This document shows, in pieces, positions 18,352 through 28,690 of a stretch of DNA of 64,000 nucleotides. A program made the position numbers and the translations under genes. Location of the stretch: the sequence record MT366760.1; one strand, written 5' to 3'. Under the pieces are notes generated by a model, which searched no databases, was not told the DNA's origin, and saw only the letters and a list, made by a program, of their open reading frames with translations. How positions within the stretch are numbered: position 1 is the first letter of the stretch; each line of letters starts with the position of its first letter.

Positions 18352-18845
18352 CTAACCCAACCCGTAAGGAAGTAACTGATGGACTAACCCTCGCGGGAAT
18401 CGGTTACTTGACTAAGAAAGGCTTTGCTTGTGACACTGAACTATCAGTAGTTCCTTGGGGAGACTTGAGGACTGATGTCTATGGTTTCAATATGCAAGGT
18501 GAAATCAACATACTTGAAATCAAATCATGTCACGCAGACTTCAAAGCGGATAACGATAGGGGCAAATGGAAAAACTATGTGAAGTATGCCCATAAGATGT
18601 ACTTCCTAATACGTGATAAAGACCTTAAGTGGATGGAACAATACATCCCTGATTTAAAGGAGCAAGGTGTTGGCTTAATGTTGCTCAGCTCCTATAGCGG
18701 TCTTATCACAGTACACACTAATGCTAAGAAAAGACGAGTACCCGCACCTTGTCGTATTGGTAACCTGATACGATTCGCATGGCGTAACGCTCCGTTTTCC
18801 CGTAGAAAGGGTACAAAACGTAGACGTGTCTTTTTCCAAGATTAA
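18348..18845 (+). CDS. MmcB-like PD-(D/E)XK endonuclease
   Basis: RTDVYG...ILEIKSCHADFKAD...KWKNY...MYF; GTG start overlaps the upstream TGA. Confidence 0.75.
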   Translation: MTNPTRKEVTDGLTLAGIGYLTKKGFACDTELSVVPWGDLRTDVYGFNMQGEINILEIKSCHADFKADNDRGKWKNYVKYAHKMYFLIRDKDLKWMEQYIPDLKEQGVGLMLLSSYSGLITVHTNAKKRRVPAPCRIGNLIRFAWRNAPFSRRKGTKRRRVFFQD

Positions 18846-18883
18846 TGTAAATACTTTGCGTAAACCACAAAAGAGGAAATCTC

Positions 18884-19870
18884 ATGTTTTCACGCACACA
18901 AATTTCAATGGCACAGATCATTCTGATGTGTCGTATGCAAGACCTAGTTAACAAAACTCAACACAAGATGGATTGGATTAATGAAAGTGATTTCAAACGT
19001 CCCGACCACCGTGCTGCCTACATCGAACTCGTTGAAGGTTTGATTCACAAAGGTTGGGGTGAATGGTGGAAACAATCACCAGTACTAACTGAGAGCCAAC
19101 TACATCAGGTTCGTCTAGAAGTCGTAGACGTTTTCCACTTCCTGATTTCGCTTGAACTACGTAGCACCCACGCTCTTAACGTTATTCACCCAGATCAAGC
19201 TATCGACCCTATCGAGTACGTATCTGGTGTCATCCATTCAGCTTTCGAAGAGACACCACAACCTGGTGCTGAAATTGACGAAGATCAAGACGACGTAGAC
19301 TTTGATGTCAACACCTACTTCGACCAACTCGTTGGTGGTCTAGCACTAGATCAAACTATCAACTGGCAGGCATTCGTAAACATCATGGATATGTTGAACA
19401 TGTCACCAGAATACTTATTCGCATGGTACGTTGGTAAGAACACCTTGAATATGTTCCGTGGTTGTAATGGTTACAAACAAGGTCGATACGTTAAATCCGA
19501 CTGGGACAAAATGACGGAAGGTTGCGGCTCAGTTGGGGCTGAAACTGATCTCCACCAATACTTCGGTGCTGAGGACAACATATTTTTAGAACACATCATA
19601 ACTGATGCTTTAGCTAAGAGTGAAAAGCTCACACCGCAATACGTCTACGACAGACTATCCGATGGTTACTATGAAGTACTAGGTGCACGTTTCATCAAAG
19701 ACGGTCAAGGTAGTACTCTTTTCCTTGACGGTCATATTGCATGGGCTGACACTGAAGATGGCATCCGTTGGGCTATTCCGCAACCTGGGGTTAACGTTGA
19801 TGACCTAACTTACCACGACTACAATGGATGGTCTGGAGACAAACAACCGCAGCTATTAACACTCGGCTAA
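18884..19870 (+). CDS. dut: Dimeric (all-alpha) dUTPase
   Basis: WGEWWK, LEVVDVFHFLIS and YVGKNTLNMFR..NGYKQGRY motifs. Confidence 0.88.
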   Translation: MFSRTQISMAQIILMCRMQDLVNKTQHKMDWINESDFKRPDHRAAYIELVEGLIHKGWGEWWKQSPVLTESQLHQVRLEVVDVFHFLISLELRSTHALNVIHPDQAIDPIEYVSGVIHSAFEETPQPGAEIDEDQDDVDFDVNTYFDQLVGGLALDQTINWQAFVNIMDMLNMSPEYLFAWYVGKNTLNMFRGCNGYKQGRYVKSDWDKMTEGCGSVGAETDLHQYFGAEDNIFLEHIITDALAKSEKLTPQYVYDRLSDGYYEVLGARFIKDGQGSTLFLDGHIAWADTEDGIRWAIPQPGVNVDDLTYHDYNGWSGDKQPQLLTLG

Positions 19871-19878
19871 ACCACTAC

Positions 19879-19922
19879 TAAATACCTCGGCTTAATGTCG
19901 GGGTATTTGCATCTTGTAAATA
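19879..19922 (+). terminator. Terminator-like hairpin followed by TGTAAATA promoter motif
   Basis: AAATACCTCGGC-TTAAT-GTCGGGGTATTT, then CATCTTGTAAATA. Confidence 0.6.
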
Positions 19923-19953
19923 CATGGTAGTTAATACAATAAAGGAAATGACT

Positions 19954-20532
19954 ATGGAACATAATAATTACCCCATGTCAGAAAAGAACAAGACTGCTTA
20001 TATGTCAATGACACTTCTACTAGGTTCGCAGTCACACGCCAAGCGTAAAAAGGTTGGGTCACTAATAGTAAAGTCTCTATCCCACCACCGTTGGCAAATA
20101 ATTTCAGATGGTGTTAATGGTATGCGCCCTGGTGAAGACAACAAATGTGAATTACCTGATGGTACTACACACCCACTCTGCCGCCATGCTGAGAGGAATG
20201 CAATCGCTAAGCTCCATCAGGAGCCAGTTTCAACCAATACACCACTGGTACTATTCGTTACATTCCAACCTTGCTTAGACTGCGCTACACGCATCGACGA
20301 TGCAGGTATCAGCCACGTTTTCTATTGCTTTGACTATAAATGCCGTCAGGGTTTAGATTACCTTGATAAATGTAATATATCCTACTCAAAGATAGACTTC
20401 GAAAGTATCATTCACTTAATGCCAGAACACATGCAGACCCGAGTATATTTTGATGCTTCAGGTTCAGCACGCGATTCTGGTGTTGACGTAGACAAATTAT
20501 TTGCAAAGAAAGGAAACATAACTAATGGCTAA
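19954..20532 (+). CDS. dCMP deaminase
   Basis: HAERNAI and PCLDC Zn motifs; KVGSLIV. Confidence 0.9.
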   Translation: MEHNNYPMSEKNKTAYMSMTLLLGSQSHAKRKKVGSLIVKSLSHHRWQIISDGVNGMRPGEDNKCELPDGTTHPLCRHAERNAIAKLHQEPVSTNTPLVLFVTFQPCLDCATRIDDAGISHVFYCFDYKCRQGLDYLDKCNISYSKIDFESIIHLMPEHMQTRVYFDASGSARDSGVDVDKLFAKKGNITNG

Positions 20533-21295
20533 TCCAACAAAATTCGTTGACCGTTATTTCGACCTAACTGACCATCAAGACTTTATGGGGGCTGTACGCA
20601 ACCATCAGGTTGCCGTGGAAGCAACTAACAAACTAAGAACTGACCTAGGGTGTTTACATAACATGGGTAACCCCGTGTATAAGGGTAGACGACTCCTAGG
20701 TTTCCTTAAGGGTGACGGTGAAGTTCCAAACTACATGAGGGTAGGTGGTGGCGCTGAAGACGGTTCTCAATATTACGTACCAAACACCAAATTTAAAATA
20801 GGCAAAGAACTTAAAGAAGAAATGTCCAAAGCTGAATACATGACCGAGCATAAGGATACGCCTTTGGAAGTAATTGGGTTAAATGGTTGGTTAATGATGT
20901 TGCACCACCAGATAAGCCGAGTCCGACACGGAGAATTAGCAGGTCGTTACATCGTAATCGTACCCGAAACTAATTCCACCGAGGTAAACACCCCTAAAAG
21001 TAGTTGTGTTGAAAACGAAAAGTTTGAACCTAACCAACTTGATATCGCGTCTGGTATGAAAGAAATAAAAGAAGAAGACTATCAATGTATAGTTAGAGCT
21101 TCGCGCATGGGTGTTAATCTGTCAGACCTAGCTTTCACCCCATCTGCCATTCGTAACTTCTTGTTAGGAGCTGTAGAAAACTCAGATTATGACGCTGTTC
21201 AATTTCTAGAAAAGGTTGATTCACGTGCTATGAACAGCGGTAACGATGACGAAGTAGTTAACAGCCTGATTAAATATATAAAGATCTTTATGTAA
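20525..21295 (+). CDS. Hypothetical protein
   Basis: 256-aa coupled ORF. Confidence 0.7.
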   Translation: MANPTKFVDRYFDLTDHQDFMGAVRNHQVAVEATNKLRTDLGCLHNMGNPVYKGRRLLGFLKGDGEVPNYMRVGGGAEDGSQYYVPNTKFKIGKELKEEMSKAEYMTEHKDTPLEVIGLNGWLMMLHHQISRVRHGELAGRYIVIVPETNSTEVNTPKSSCVENEKFEPNQLDIASGMKEIKEEDYQCIVRASRMGVNLSDLAFTPSAIRNFLLGAVENSDYDAVQFLEKVDSRAMNSGNDDEVVNSLIKYIKIFM

Positions 21296-21304
21296 CACAT
21301 CTAA

Positions 21305-21342
21305 ACAAACCCCTTGGGACTCTAAGTTCCTTGGGGTTTTTT
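21305..21342 (+). terminator. Intrinsic terminator
   Basis: AAACCCC-TTGGGAC...GTTCCTT-GGGGTTTTTT. Confidence 0.7.
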
Positions 21343-21351
21343 ATTCTCTAA

Positions 21352-21422
21352 TGTCAATTCTCTGCAAAGTTTATGTCAGCCAACTGTTCGTTTATTGACA
21401 TAAACTTGACAATGGATTGGGT
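21352..21422. promoter_or_regulatory. 11-bp-phased TGTCA/TGACA array (Pho-box-like operator)
   Basis: TG-initiated boxes at 21352, 21363, 21374, 21385, 21396, 21407 and 21418; four are exact TGTCA/TGACA. A 12-bp perfect inverted repeat lies inside the array. Confidence 0.45.
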
Positions 21423-21493
21423 CGAATACCCCGAGTCTATGCCCCCTCAGTACTAATTTTATGTAGTTATTAAATCAATAAAAGGATTTAAAT

Positions 21494-22087
21494 ATGACTA
21501 CTGAAACAGAAGCAGTATTCGAATACTACGTTGGTCTCAGACTAACTGGCATAAATGAACAGACCTACATTATACTAGACGAAATTTTGCAACAACAAAA
21601 TTACGTTTACTTCACTATAGACGAACTAGATGCTATCATCATTCAAGTTCGCAGACTAATGCGTCAGGGTATCATTGAAGCTACTGACAACATACTCGAT
21701 GAAGACATATACAACAATCTCAAGAACTTAAGTAGTAGTGGTTCCGGTGGCGGGGCTGTATTGGGTACACAAGAACCTAATACTTTTGATTCGGGTACAG
21801 GTGACAAAGACGACGCTGAAACCCTTAGGGATACACAAGCTACCGATGATGCAGCATGGTTATCCTACTACGACGCTAACCCTAATGTAAGTATTGCCCT
21901 GAAATATACGGATGGCGATGGTAATCGCGTTATAACTTTCCAGACACGTGTTGGTAGTGAATGGTTAGATTCATCTAGTGTCATAGCATTAAAAGGGCTG
22001 ATGGCTCTGGCACTGATTTTTCCGGTATATCCTCAAACCATATACCTGCAATTGGCAGTGATGGTAGACCCTATGATTCTGGTTTAG
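21494..22087 (+). CDS. Virion-associated protein, N-terminal part of a probably frameshifted gene
   Basis: 197-aa ORF; the -1 frame is open from 21979 and continues into the 22108 ORF. Confidence 0.65.
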   Translation: MTTETEAVFEYYVGLRLTGINEQTYIILDEILQQQNYVYFTIDELDAIIIQVRRLMRQGIIEATDNILDEDIYNNLKNLSSSGSGGGAVLGTQEPNTFDSGTGDKDDAETLRDTQATDDAAWLSYYDANPNVSIALKYTDGDGNRVITFQTRVGSEWLDSSSVIALKGLMALALIFPVYPQTIYLQLAVMVDPMILV

Positions 22088-22926
22088 CTGTAACTGATAA
22101 CATACTGGTGACGCCTAAGAGCATACAAGTAGGGCTTGCTACACTACTCCTAGGTAGGGGTGACACTGCAATCCACGCTATGTCATCCGTTGGTCAGAAT
22201 ATAGTTTTCGTTAACAGGGCTGACAAAATAGCATGGACACCTGGTAGTTGGAGTAATGCATTGGAGAATACCAAGTGGACTCCTTACACACGGGTTGGGG
22301 GTACATATCACTTAGAAGAAGTTGCTCAGAGTGTTGATTCCGACGTGTTAATAAACCCAACGTGGACTTCAACTATAACGTCTAATAGACGAGACTACGT
22401 CCTTTATATAAAATTAGACCAAGCTCAAACAGGGGTTTATTTCTTGTGTTATACTGAAGACGATACCCCAATCTTTGAAAGTACACCAACGGATATGGAA
22501 GCAGGTGAAGTAACTATAGACCTACGGGCTGGTGCAAATGGTCCTGGCTTCCTTGATTTGAACGGTGGGATAGATTACAAATTCAGTTTACTTTCAGAAG
22601 ATGGTGACGTTAGAGTATTAGGTAGCTCAAGCCTTGGGCTGCCCTACGTTAAACTTACGTGGCAAGAATGGGCTGATGTAGCTCAAGCAACCGTAGACGA
22701 CATACCCACAGCAGAAGAACTTTTCATTAACCCATCCTTCGTTGCAATAGATTCATCCAACCCCGATGTTACCTATGGTGGTTTTTCAACAACGGGTAGG
22801 ATACGTAAACGCGTAATTAGCACTAATACAGACACCTTCTTCCAATCGTCAGTAACAACACCAGTCACAGATGCTTCCACATGGACTGACTGGCAAAATA
22901 GGGAGAGCTTAACTTATGCCAGTTAA
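21979..22926 (+). CDS. Virion-associated protein, C-terminal part (-1 frame)
   Basis: Open frame 21979-22926; GTG 22108 lacks an SD; T/G/S-rich composition typical of structural proteins. Confidence 0.6.
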   Translation, partial: CHSIKRADGSGTDFSGISSNHIPAIGSDGRPYDSGLAVTDNILVTPKSIQVGLATLLLGRGDTAIHAMSSVGQNIVFVNRADKIAWTPGSWSNALENTKWTPYTRVGGTYHLEEVAQSVDSDVLINPTWTSTITSNRRDYVLYIKLDQAQTGVYFLCYTEDDTPIFESTPTDMEAGEVTIDLRAGANGPGFLDLNGGIDYKFSLLSEDGDVRVLGSSSLGLPYVKLTWQEWADVAQATVDDIPTAEELFINPSFVAIDSSNPDVTYGGFSTTGRIRKRVISTNTDTFFQSSVTTPVTDASTWTDWQNRESLTYAS

Positions 22927-25900
22927 CTACACGTCTGGGGAACTAAGATTGTCCGGAACGGTAACTAATGCTGAGTTCTACGCTGCAACATCAACAGCGG
23001 GACTAAGCCGTAACACTGAAAACCAATATGAACTAGGTGCTAATATGCGCGTTATGTCGGGTGCCGACGTATCCGGACTTAAGAACTTTATACTTGCTCT
23101 TAACACCTACGAGATCTATAGTGAAGACCCCTCAATAGTGTTCAACCAGATAACGTTCATCGAGAGTGAGGGGCGTACCACTGCCGACAGGGTAGTATTC
23201 AAAACAGCGGGTTCTGGTAAGAACCCTATACTTAATGACTGCCAATTCCTACACAACATAGTGGGTAACCCAGGGGGCGGAGACCCTAGATACTTGACCA
23301 TGGCACACATTGGGGGTGCTTCCAACAGTGTTTTCCGCGCATCTGATTTCTCGGAACAAGAAATAGACGGTGTCCAACTAATGGAGAGCGGTGTTTACCG
23401 TAACATCTCTGGCATACGTGTTAAACGCTTCATCGCCAGTTTAGACCCAGATGATAATGCTATACGAGTTATACTTAAAGACCTAAAACAAAGTTCAAAG
23501 TTATACGGGACAGGTGGTTTGATTTGTGCGTATTCTGGTTCATCCGTAATGGTCGTAAACTGGGATAAAGAAATACTTAACTCAGGTGCAACTAACAACT
23601 GGTTGGATAACTACAACGGACACCTAAGCGCCCACTGGGTATACATATTGGGTTCTGCTGCGGATGAATATCAAAATAATGGTGCAGGAATTTCACAAAA
23701 GAAAAACACTTTACACGTAGTTAAAGGTGGATATAAATATTACAAATTCATTAACGGCGAAGGTGGTACATTCTGCTACTTCGATAGTCGTGGGTCTTCC
23801 CCACAAGCGTGCTCCCCTACAACGACACGTTCAGATATGCTGGAAACCGATACAACCCTATCTATTCCAGCAGACGAAGAAATAGACTTCGTTACACAGA
23901 CCTTAACGTACAACCGTGATACGGGTTCATGGGTACAAACCAACATAACTGGACATAGATTTCTAGTTCGTAAATACGGTTACTTAGAAATAAGTCAAGA
24001 CCTAGATAATCCGGAAGCCGTAGAAGGATCACCCGAAGCTTATTCACCTTTCTTAATGGGTTTGGATGACTCTATTGGTGAAGTTGATTCAACGGTAGTA
24101 GCAGCGTATACAGGAATAACAATTAACAGCTCTGCTAAGACGATAACTATTACTAGCGGGTCTTGGACACCACAAAAGATATACGACTACTGTAAGTATT
24201 GGTTAACCCAGAACATGGATGTGGGGAATTTTGTCACAGCATCAGGGACTAATTATGAGTATACTTACAGATGGGTTTTAAATGGAAGCGCCAATCTACA
24301 ACACGACCCCGATACCCACAAAGTAACTTTTAAAGATATTGATATCGGAATATCACCTTTACATTTGATTGCGGGATCCTACGTGTACGGGGTGGAAACT
24401 GTTTCTGACGGTGTAACTACTTATTCCTCACGTGAGGGTCTAGTAAACGACGTAAGCCTAGGTAGTACCCATGGTTTCAACGCTACTTACCGTGAATCAG
24501 GTTGCCCAAAAATTGATGGAGGTACCTTTACATGGAACGGCGGTATTATAACTACACCTACTGCACTATCAGTTGAAGACGGTCAACTCTTACTACGTAA
24601 AGGTGAACTAGATGTGTCCTCCTATGATTCCTCAAATTCGATAGGACCTACACTGTGGTTAGAATCCGCTGCTGATACACTGCAATTCGAAAACTTAATA
24701 GTAACTTCTAATTCTGCACGTGAGGGTCTAATAGTATTATTTTCTAAGGAACCAAATACATTTGATAATGTAACCATGTTGAATGGTGGTGGTTTAGGTT
24801 TTGGGGGTTCAACACTTTTCGAGACGGATGGTACAACGGCTAAGATAATAGAAATAAAAAACTATGAAGCAACTGGTGGTCAGGGTGCTGCGAGATTCTG
24901 GCGTCGTAACTACCTAAAACTTATTAACTATAATCTAGGGTCTGATATCGAAATTAGCGGTATGTTAACTGCGGGTAACTCGGAAAACAGGGGTATCATT
25001 GATATTTACCGTGAGGTTGACTTTCATGTAACGGATGCAACTGCCACCAATATTGAGGGTGCAAATGTCTATTGTATTGACACAGACGATGGTAATAGAC
25101 CTGCCAACTATATGGGGCACTCATGGACAGCGGATAAAGAATACCTGCGGTCTACTGATTCCACAGGTCGGACTAGTACTATTGAAGTAAACTTAGCTAA
25201 CATGGTTAAAACTGGTAATAATAGTGCAACTACAGGTATAGTTAGGTCATATAGGGGACTGGACGGGGACACTTCTGACAAATTCAAGTTCTACTTCTAC
25301 CACTACAATTATCTGATTGCTAATACAGTTGGTACCCTGGGTGGTAAGGGTATACTTACGCTACAGCAAACTATGCAAGAAGACCCAGCTATAACGGAAA
25401 CAGACTCCACAATAGTAGCGGCATATACGGGTATCGCCATTGACCACAGTGCTAAAACAATAACTTTGACGTCAGGGACGTGGACATCCAACGTTATTTA
25501 CGACTACGTTAAATATAATAAATGTTTGAGTGCGAATGTAAGTAAACCTTCTGTACTTGAGAGCGCAATAGAATTCAGTGAGGGTAGATTCATATCCCGC
25601 TACAGAATTCTAGTGAAGCACACTGCCCTTTTTGATATTGGATCTGGTCATCCTCTAACGTTCACTTCAGACGTAGCAACTCCTAACTTGTCAGGTGAGG
25701 GTTCAATTACCTTTGGCTCCGAAACTACAGTTAACGGTATCACTTCTTATGATTCGGGAACACTTGTTAATTTTGAAAAAAATAACACGTCTTGGTATCA
25801 GAATCCTGTTATGGTGTTGGATGGTACACTAGTGTGGAAAGGGGGTGAATTAGAAGTACAATCACCCCTGATAACTAGTCCAGACCTAAGCATGGTAGTT

Positions 25901-28690
25901 GACAAGGGTACCATAAAAGTTAAAGATCACTCATTGACGTCACCTTACGAAATAAACTTTGGCTCTGATAACATCACACTTACAGACTTCACTATTGATG
26001 GTCGTGGTACCTTCATTATAACCAGTGACTTAGTAATCAGTAAGTTTACGGGTAAGAACTACGACGGTATATTCCCTTCCGGTAAATTCCGTGGGTCATC
26101 AACTGATTTCTTAGTGGTACGTGACTACGAAGGTATTGGTTCATTTAAAGATCACACACTATGGCGACGAAACAAGATACAGTGGTACAACTCAGTTAAT
26201 GGTTCTAACATAAAAGTACTGGGTAAAGAAACATCTAGTAGCACACAACATACAGGAATATCTGAATTCTGGTCGGAGATAAAGATCCATGTGACCGACC
26301 CCGACAACAACGACCAAGAAAATGTTCGTGTGGCTCTAAAAGATTATGATGATTCAAATAGGACTGATACTTCATCCCTTACGGGTTCCGCATCCTCAGG
26401 GCATTATAACACTGGTTTTGATTATACACCGGATAGGACGTATACTGAAGTAACCGACGTCGAGGGGCTAACACCTATTATCCCCGTGTTATTCGCAGTG
26501 GTAGACAGGTCAGTGGGTGGTGCACAAGCTACACCTACTTCAGATTGGTCATACCGTTCTAAGAACGGTGATAACTCTGATGAATTCGAAGTCTTTGTAT
26601 GGCAATATGGTAAGAACGTTGCGACATCTGTAATATCATTAAAAGGAGCGGGGGTAAAAGAAACTAAGTTAGTTACAACAACGGATATTAACGTAACAGA
26701 AACCGACAAATCAGTTGTCTCCGCCTACACGGGTATAGGTATTGACCACACAACCAAAACAATAACCATTTCTGCACAACGAACGTTGGCAGAGATATAC
26801 GATTATTTGCTTTATGACAAGACAACTATATCGGGTGTATACCATCCTACGTTGGGTACTAAAGTAGCAGGTATAGTTGGTGCAACAATTGACATCAAAG
26901 ACTACAATCTTATAGTTGATGGTGCAGACATAGTTGCGGGTTCAACAGGTTTTAACCTGTTGCAAACAACTGGTTTAATAACACTACAGAATACTGCAAC
27001 GATTGACTTCAACTTCCTAGATCAAATAGGTAACGCGATAGTAACTATTGATTTACCCGCCAACTGGAACTTAGAAGGTGTATATCCTAGTCAAAATGAT
27101 GCACTGGCAAAAACCAACAAGTTGCCAAATTCGAACATCAACTATAAGTATCTTACAACATCCGAGGGTGGTAACACTATTTGGATGAGGATAGAGGACT
27201 CCGATGGTCAGGGTATAGCAGTTGATTCCTACGAGTTGCCTATAACCCGAGGTGTGTATGAAACCGCCGCCGTTACTTCAACCGAAGATAGTTTATTAAA
27301 CCAGATTCGTGCGATAGTTCGTGATACTAAAACCATTACGGAAGATATACAATCCGAAACTGGAGGGGGTCTATCACAAAATTACTTCGATGACTTCCAA
27401 AAGAGAAGTGGTTACAACTTAGCAACTGTTGAAGAAGCTATTAACGTGGACTTTTCTGGTAACTTGGCTGCCTATGTCAACATGGGTTTCCGTTGTCCAG
27501 TAGGTAAGAAAGGTGGTAGCTTAGTACCCCGCCGCGGTACTGCTATATCTAAGGTACGTTTCTATGTGGGACAGGCCTTCCACATAGGTACGAACACTTA
27601 TATGGGTGGTACTGTTCAATTCAAAATATGGCGAACCAATGGCCCTGGTACACTAGCCGACGGTAACTTCGGGGATGTCGTGTGGCAGTCGCCAGAAACT
27701 TATCAGTTAGACGACCTGGAAAACGTCGGCTCTAATTCAGTAGTCGGATCTGGCTACAACCACGTCCACCGTTCTAAAGAATTCATCATGGAATCTTCCG
27801 GTATGATTCTAGAAGAAGACTATTACTTTGGTTTTGAAGTCATCACGGGTGAAGCGCTAACACCGATAAACCTGAGTGATTCAGGTCATGACTACGGGGG
27901 TTTATACTATGAACACCATAGATTGAGTGGTTGGGAGTCTAATAGCCCTGGTTACATACGGTACGCCGACGGTGGTAGACCTGTACCCGTGGATATAACG
28001 GAATACAACTACAACTTGATAACTCAGTATAAGCTTAAGGCAGACATCGACGACATTAAGGACGTAACGGATAAAGTATCATTCAACGCAGACAACGACA
28101 TTATAGCAACTCTTGATAATGAACTCACAGATATCATGGATGTATCTAAACGCGCACCCTACGTTTATGTGGATGGATGCCCGACAGCAGAAGCCAACGG
28201 TGCATACAGATTATTGTCCACGGATGAAGTTGATTGGCTGAACGCTAATGGTAACTTAGATTCTGATATTGCGGCAGGTGACACTGCTGTTTTAGATAGG
28301 TCACAACCCGTATATGGATTAGACCGGAATGAATGGGTGTTGGGTGCAATGGAAGGTGAATACGGTTATAGACTATTCCCTGTACAAAACACAACTACCT
28401 ATTATTCTTCCAATAACGGTTTCTACGACCTAGCACAGGAAGTTTCTGGTGACCCCACCGTTGGTAAATCATGGTATGCCTTAGCAGGGAAATTCGACGC
28501 TGACAATTTAGTTGATGGTGCTAAAGTTTCCATAATGGTTGTACTTAATACACCTACTATGTTGGATGACGTTAAAGACAGAACTGACCAACTACAATTC
28601 ACAGATCAACGGGTTGACGCTAATGTACCAGATCAACTTACTGAATCAGAGTTTGATACAAAACGACTGGCTAAGAAAGGGTGGCGCTAA
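22916..28690 (+). CDS. Giant (1924 aa) virion fibre/adhesin-like protein with internal repeats
   Basis: T/S/G/N-rich and beta-rich. Three copies of ETDS.VVAAYTGI.I.H..KTIT....W....IYDY; C-terminal domain shared with the 30872 ORF. Confidence 0.75.
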   Translation: MPVNYTSGELRLSGTVTNAEFYAATSTAGLSRNTENQYELGANMRVMSGADVSGLKNFILALNTYEIYSEDPSIVFNQITFIESEGRTTADRVVFKTAGSGKNPILNDCQFLHNIVGNPGGGDPRYLTMAHIGGASNSVFRASDFSEQEIDGVQLMESGVYRNISGIRVKRFIASLDPDDNAIRVILKDLKQSSKLYGTGGLICAYSGSSVMVVNWDKEILNSGATNNWLDNYNGHLSAHWVYILGSAADEYQNNGAGISQKKNTLHVVKGGYKYYKFINGEGGTFCYFDSRGSSPQACSPTTTRSDMLETDTTLSIPADEEIDFVTQTLTYNRDTGSWVQTNITGHRFLVRKYGYLEISQDLDNPEAVEGSPEAYSPFLMGLDDSIGEVDSTVVAAYTGITINSSAKTITITSGSWTPQKIYDYCKYWLTQNMDVGNFVTASGTNYEYTYRWVLNGSANLQHDPDTHKVTFKDIDIGISPLHLIAGSYVYGVETVSDGVTTYSSREGLVNDVSLGSTHGFNATYRESGCPKIDGGTFTWNGGIITTPTALSVEDGQLLLRKGELDVSSYDSSNSIGPTLWLESAADTLQFENLIVTSNSAREGLIVLFSKEPNTFDNVTMLNGGGLGFGGSTLFETDGTTAKIIEIKNYEATGGQGAARFWRRNYLKLINYNLGSDIEISGMLTAGNSENRGIIDIYREVDFHVTDATATNIEGANVYCIDTDDGNRPANYMGHSWTADKEYLRSTDSTGRTSTIEVNLANMVKTGNNSATTGIVRSYRGLDGDTSDKFKFYFYHYNYLIANTVGTLGGKGILTLQQTMQEDPAITETDSTIVAAYTGIAIDHSAKTITLTSGTWTSNVIYDYVKYNKCLSANVSKPSVLESAIEFSEGRFISRYRILVKHTALFDIGSGHPLTFTSDVATPNLSGEGSITFGSETTVNGITSYDSGTLVNFEKNNTSWYQNPVMVLDGTLVWKGGELEVQSPLITSPDLSMVVDKGTIKVKDHSLTSPYEINFGSDNITLTDFTIDGRGTFIITSDLVISKFTGKNYDGIFPSGKFRGSSTDFLVVRDYEGIGSFKDHTLWRRNKIQWYNSVNGSNIKVLGKETSSSTQHTGISEFWSEIKIHVTDPDNNDQENVRVALKDYDDSNRTDTSSLTGSASSGHYNTGFDYTPDRTYTEVTDVEGLTPIIPVLFAVVDRSVGGAQATPTSDWSYRSKNGDNSDEFEVFVWQYGKNVATSVISLKGAGVKETKLVTTTDINVTETDKSVVSAYTGIGIDHTTKTITISAQRTLAEIYDYLLYDKTTISGVYHPTLGTKVAGIVGATIDIKDYNLIVDGADIVAGSTGFNLLQTTGLITLQNTATIDFNFLDQIGNAIVTIDLPANWNLEGVYPSQNDALAKTNKLPNSNINYKYLTTSEGGNTIWMRIEDSDGQGIAVDSYELPITRGVYETAAVTSTEDSLLNQIRAIVRDTKTITEDIQSETGGGLSQNYFDDFQKRSGYNLATVEEAINVDFSGNLAAYVNMGFRCPVGKKGGSLVPRRGTAISKVRFYVGQAFHIGTNTYMGGTVQFKIWRTNGPGTLADGNFGDVVWQSPETYQLDDLENVGSNSVVGSGYNHVHRSKEFIMESSGMILEEDYYFGFEVITGEALTPINLSDSGHDYGGLYYEHHRLSGWESNSPGYIRYADGGRPVPVDITEYNYNLITQYKLKADIDDIKDVTDKVSFNADNDIIATLDNELTDIMDVSKRAPYVYVDGCPTAEANGAYRLLSTDEVDWLNANGNLDSDIAAGDTAVLDRSQPVYGLDRNEWVLGAMEGEYGYRLFPVQNTTTYYSSNNGFYDLAQEVSGDPTVGKSWYALAGKFDADNLVDGAKVSIMVVLNTPTMLDDVKDRTDQLQFTDQRVDANVPDQLTESEFDTKRLAKKGWR

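Noticed and set aside
21395-21411. TTGACA hexamers as sigma70 -35 elements
   Set aside because: There is no -10-like hexamer 16-18 nt downstream of either.
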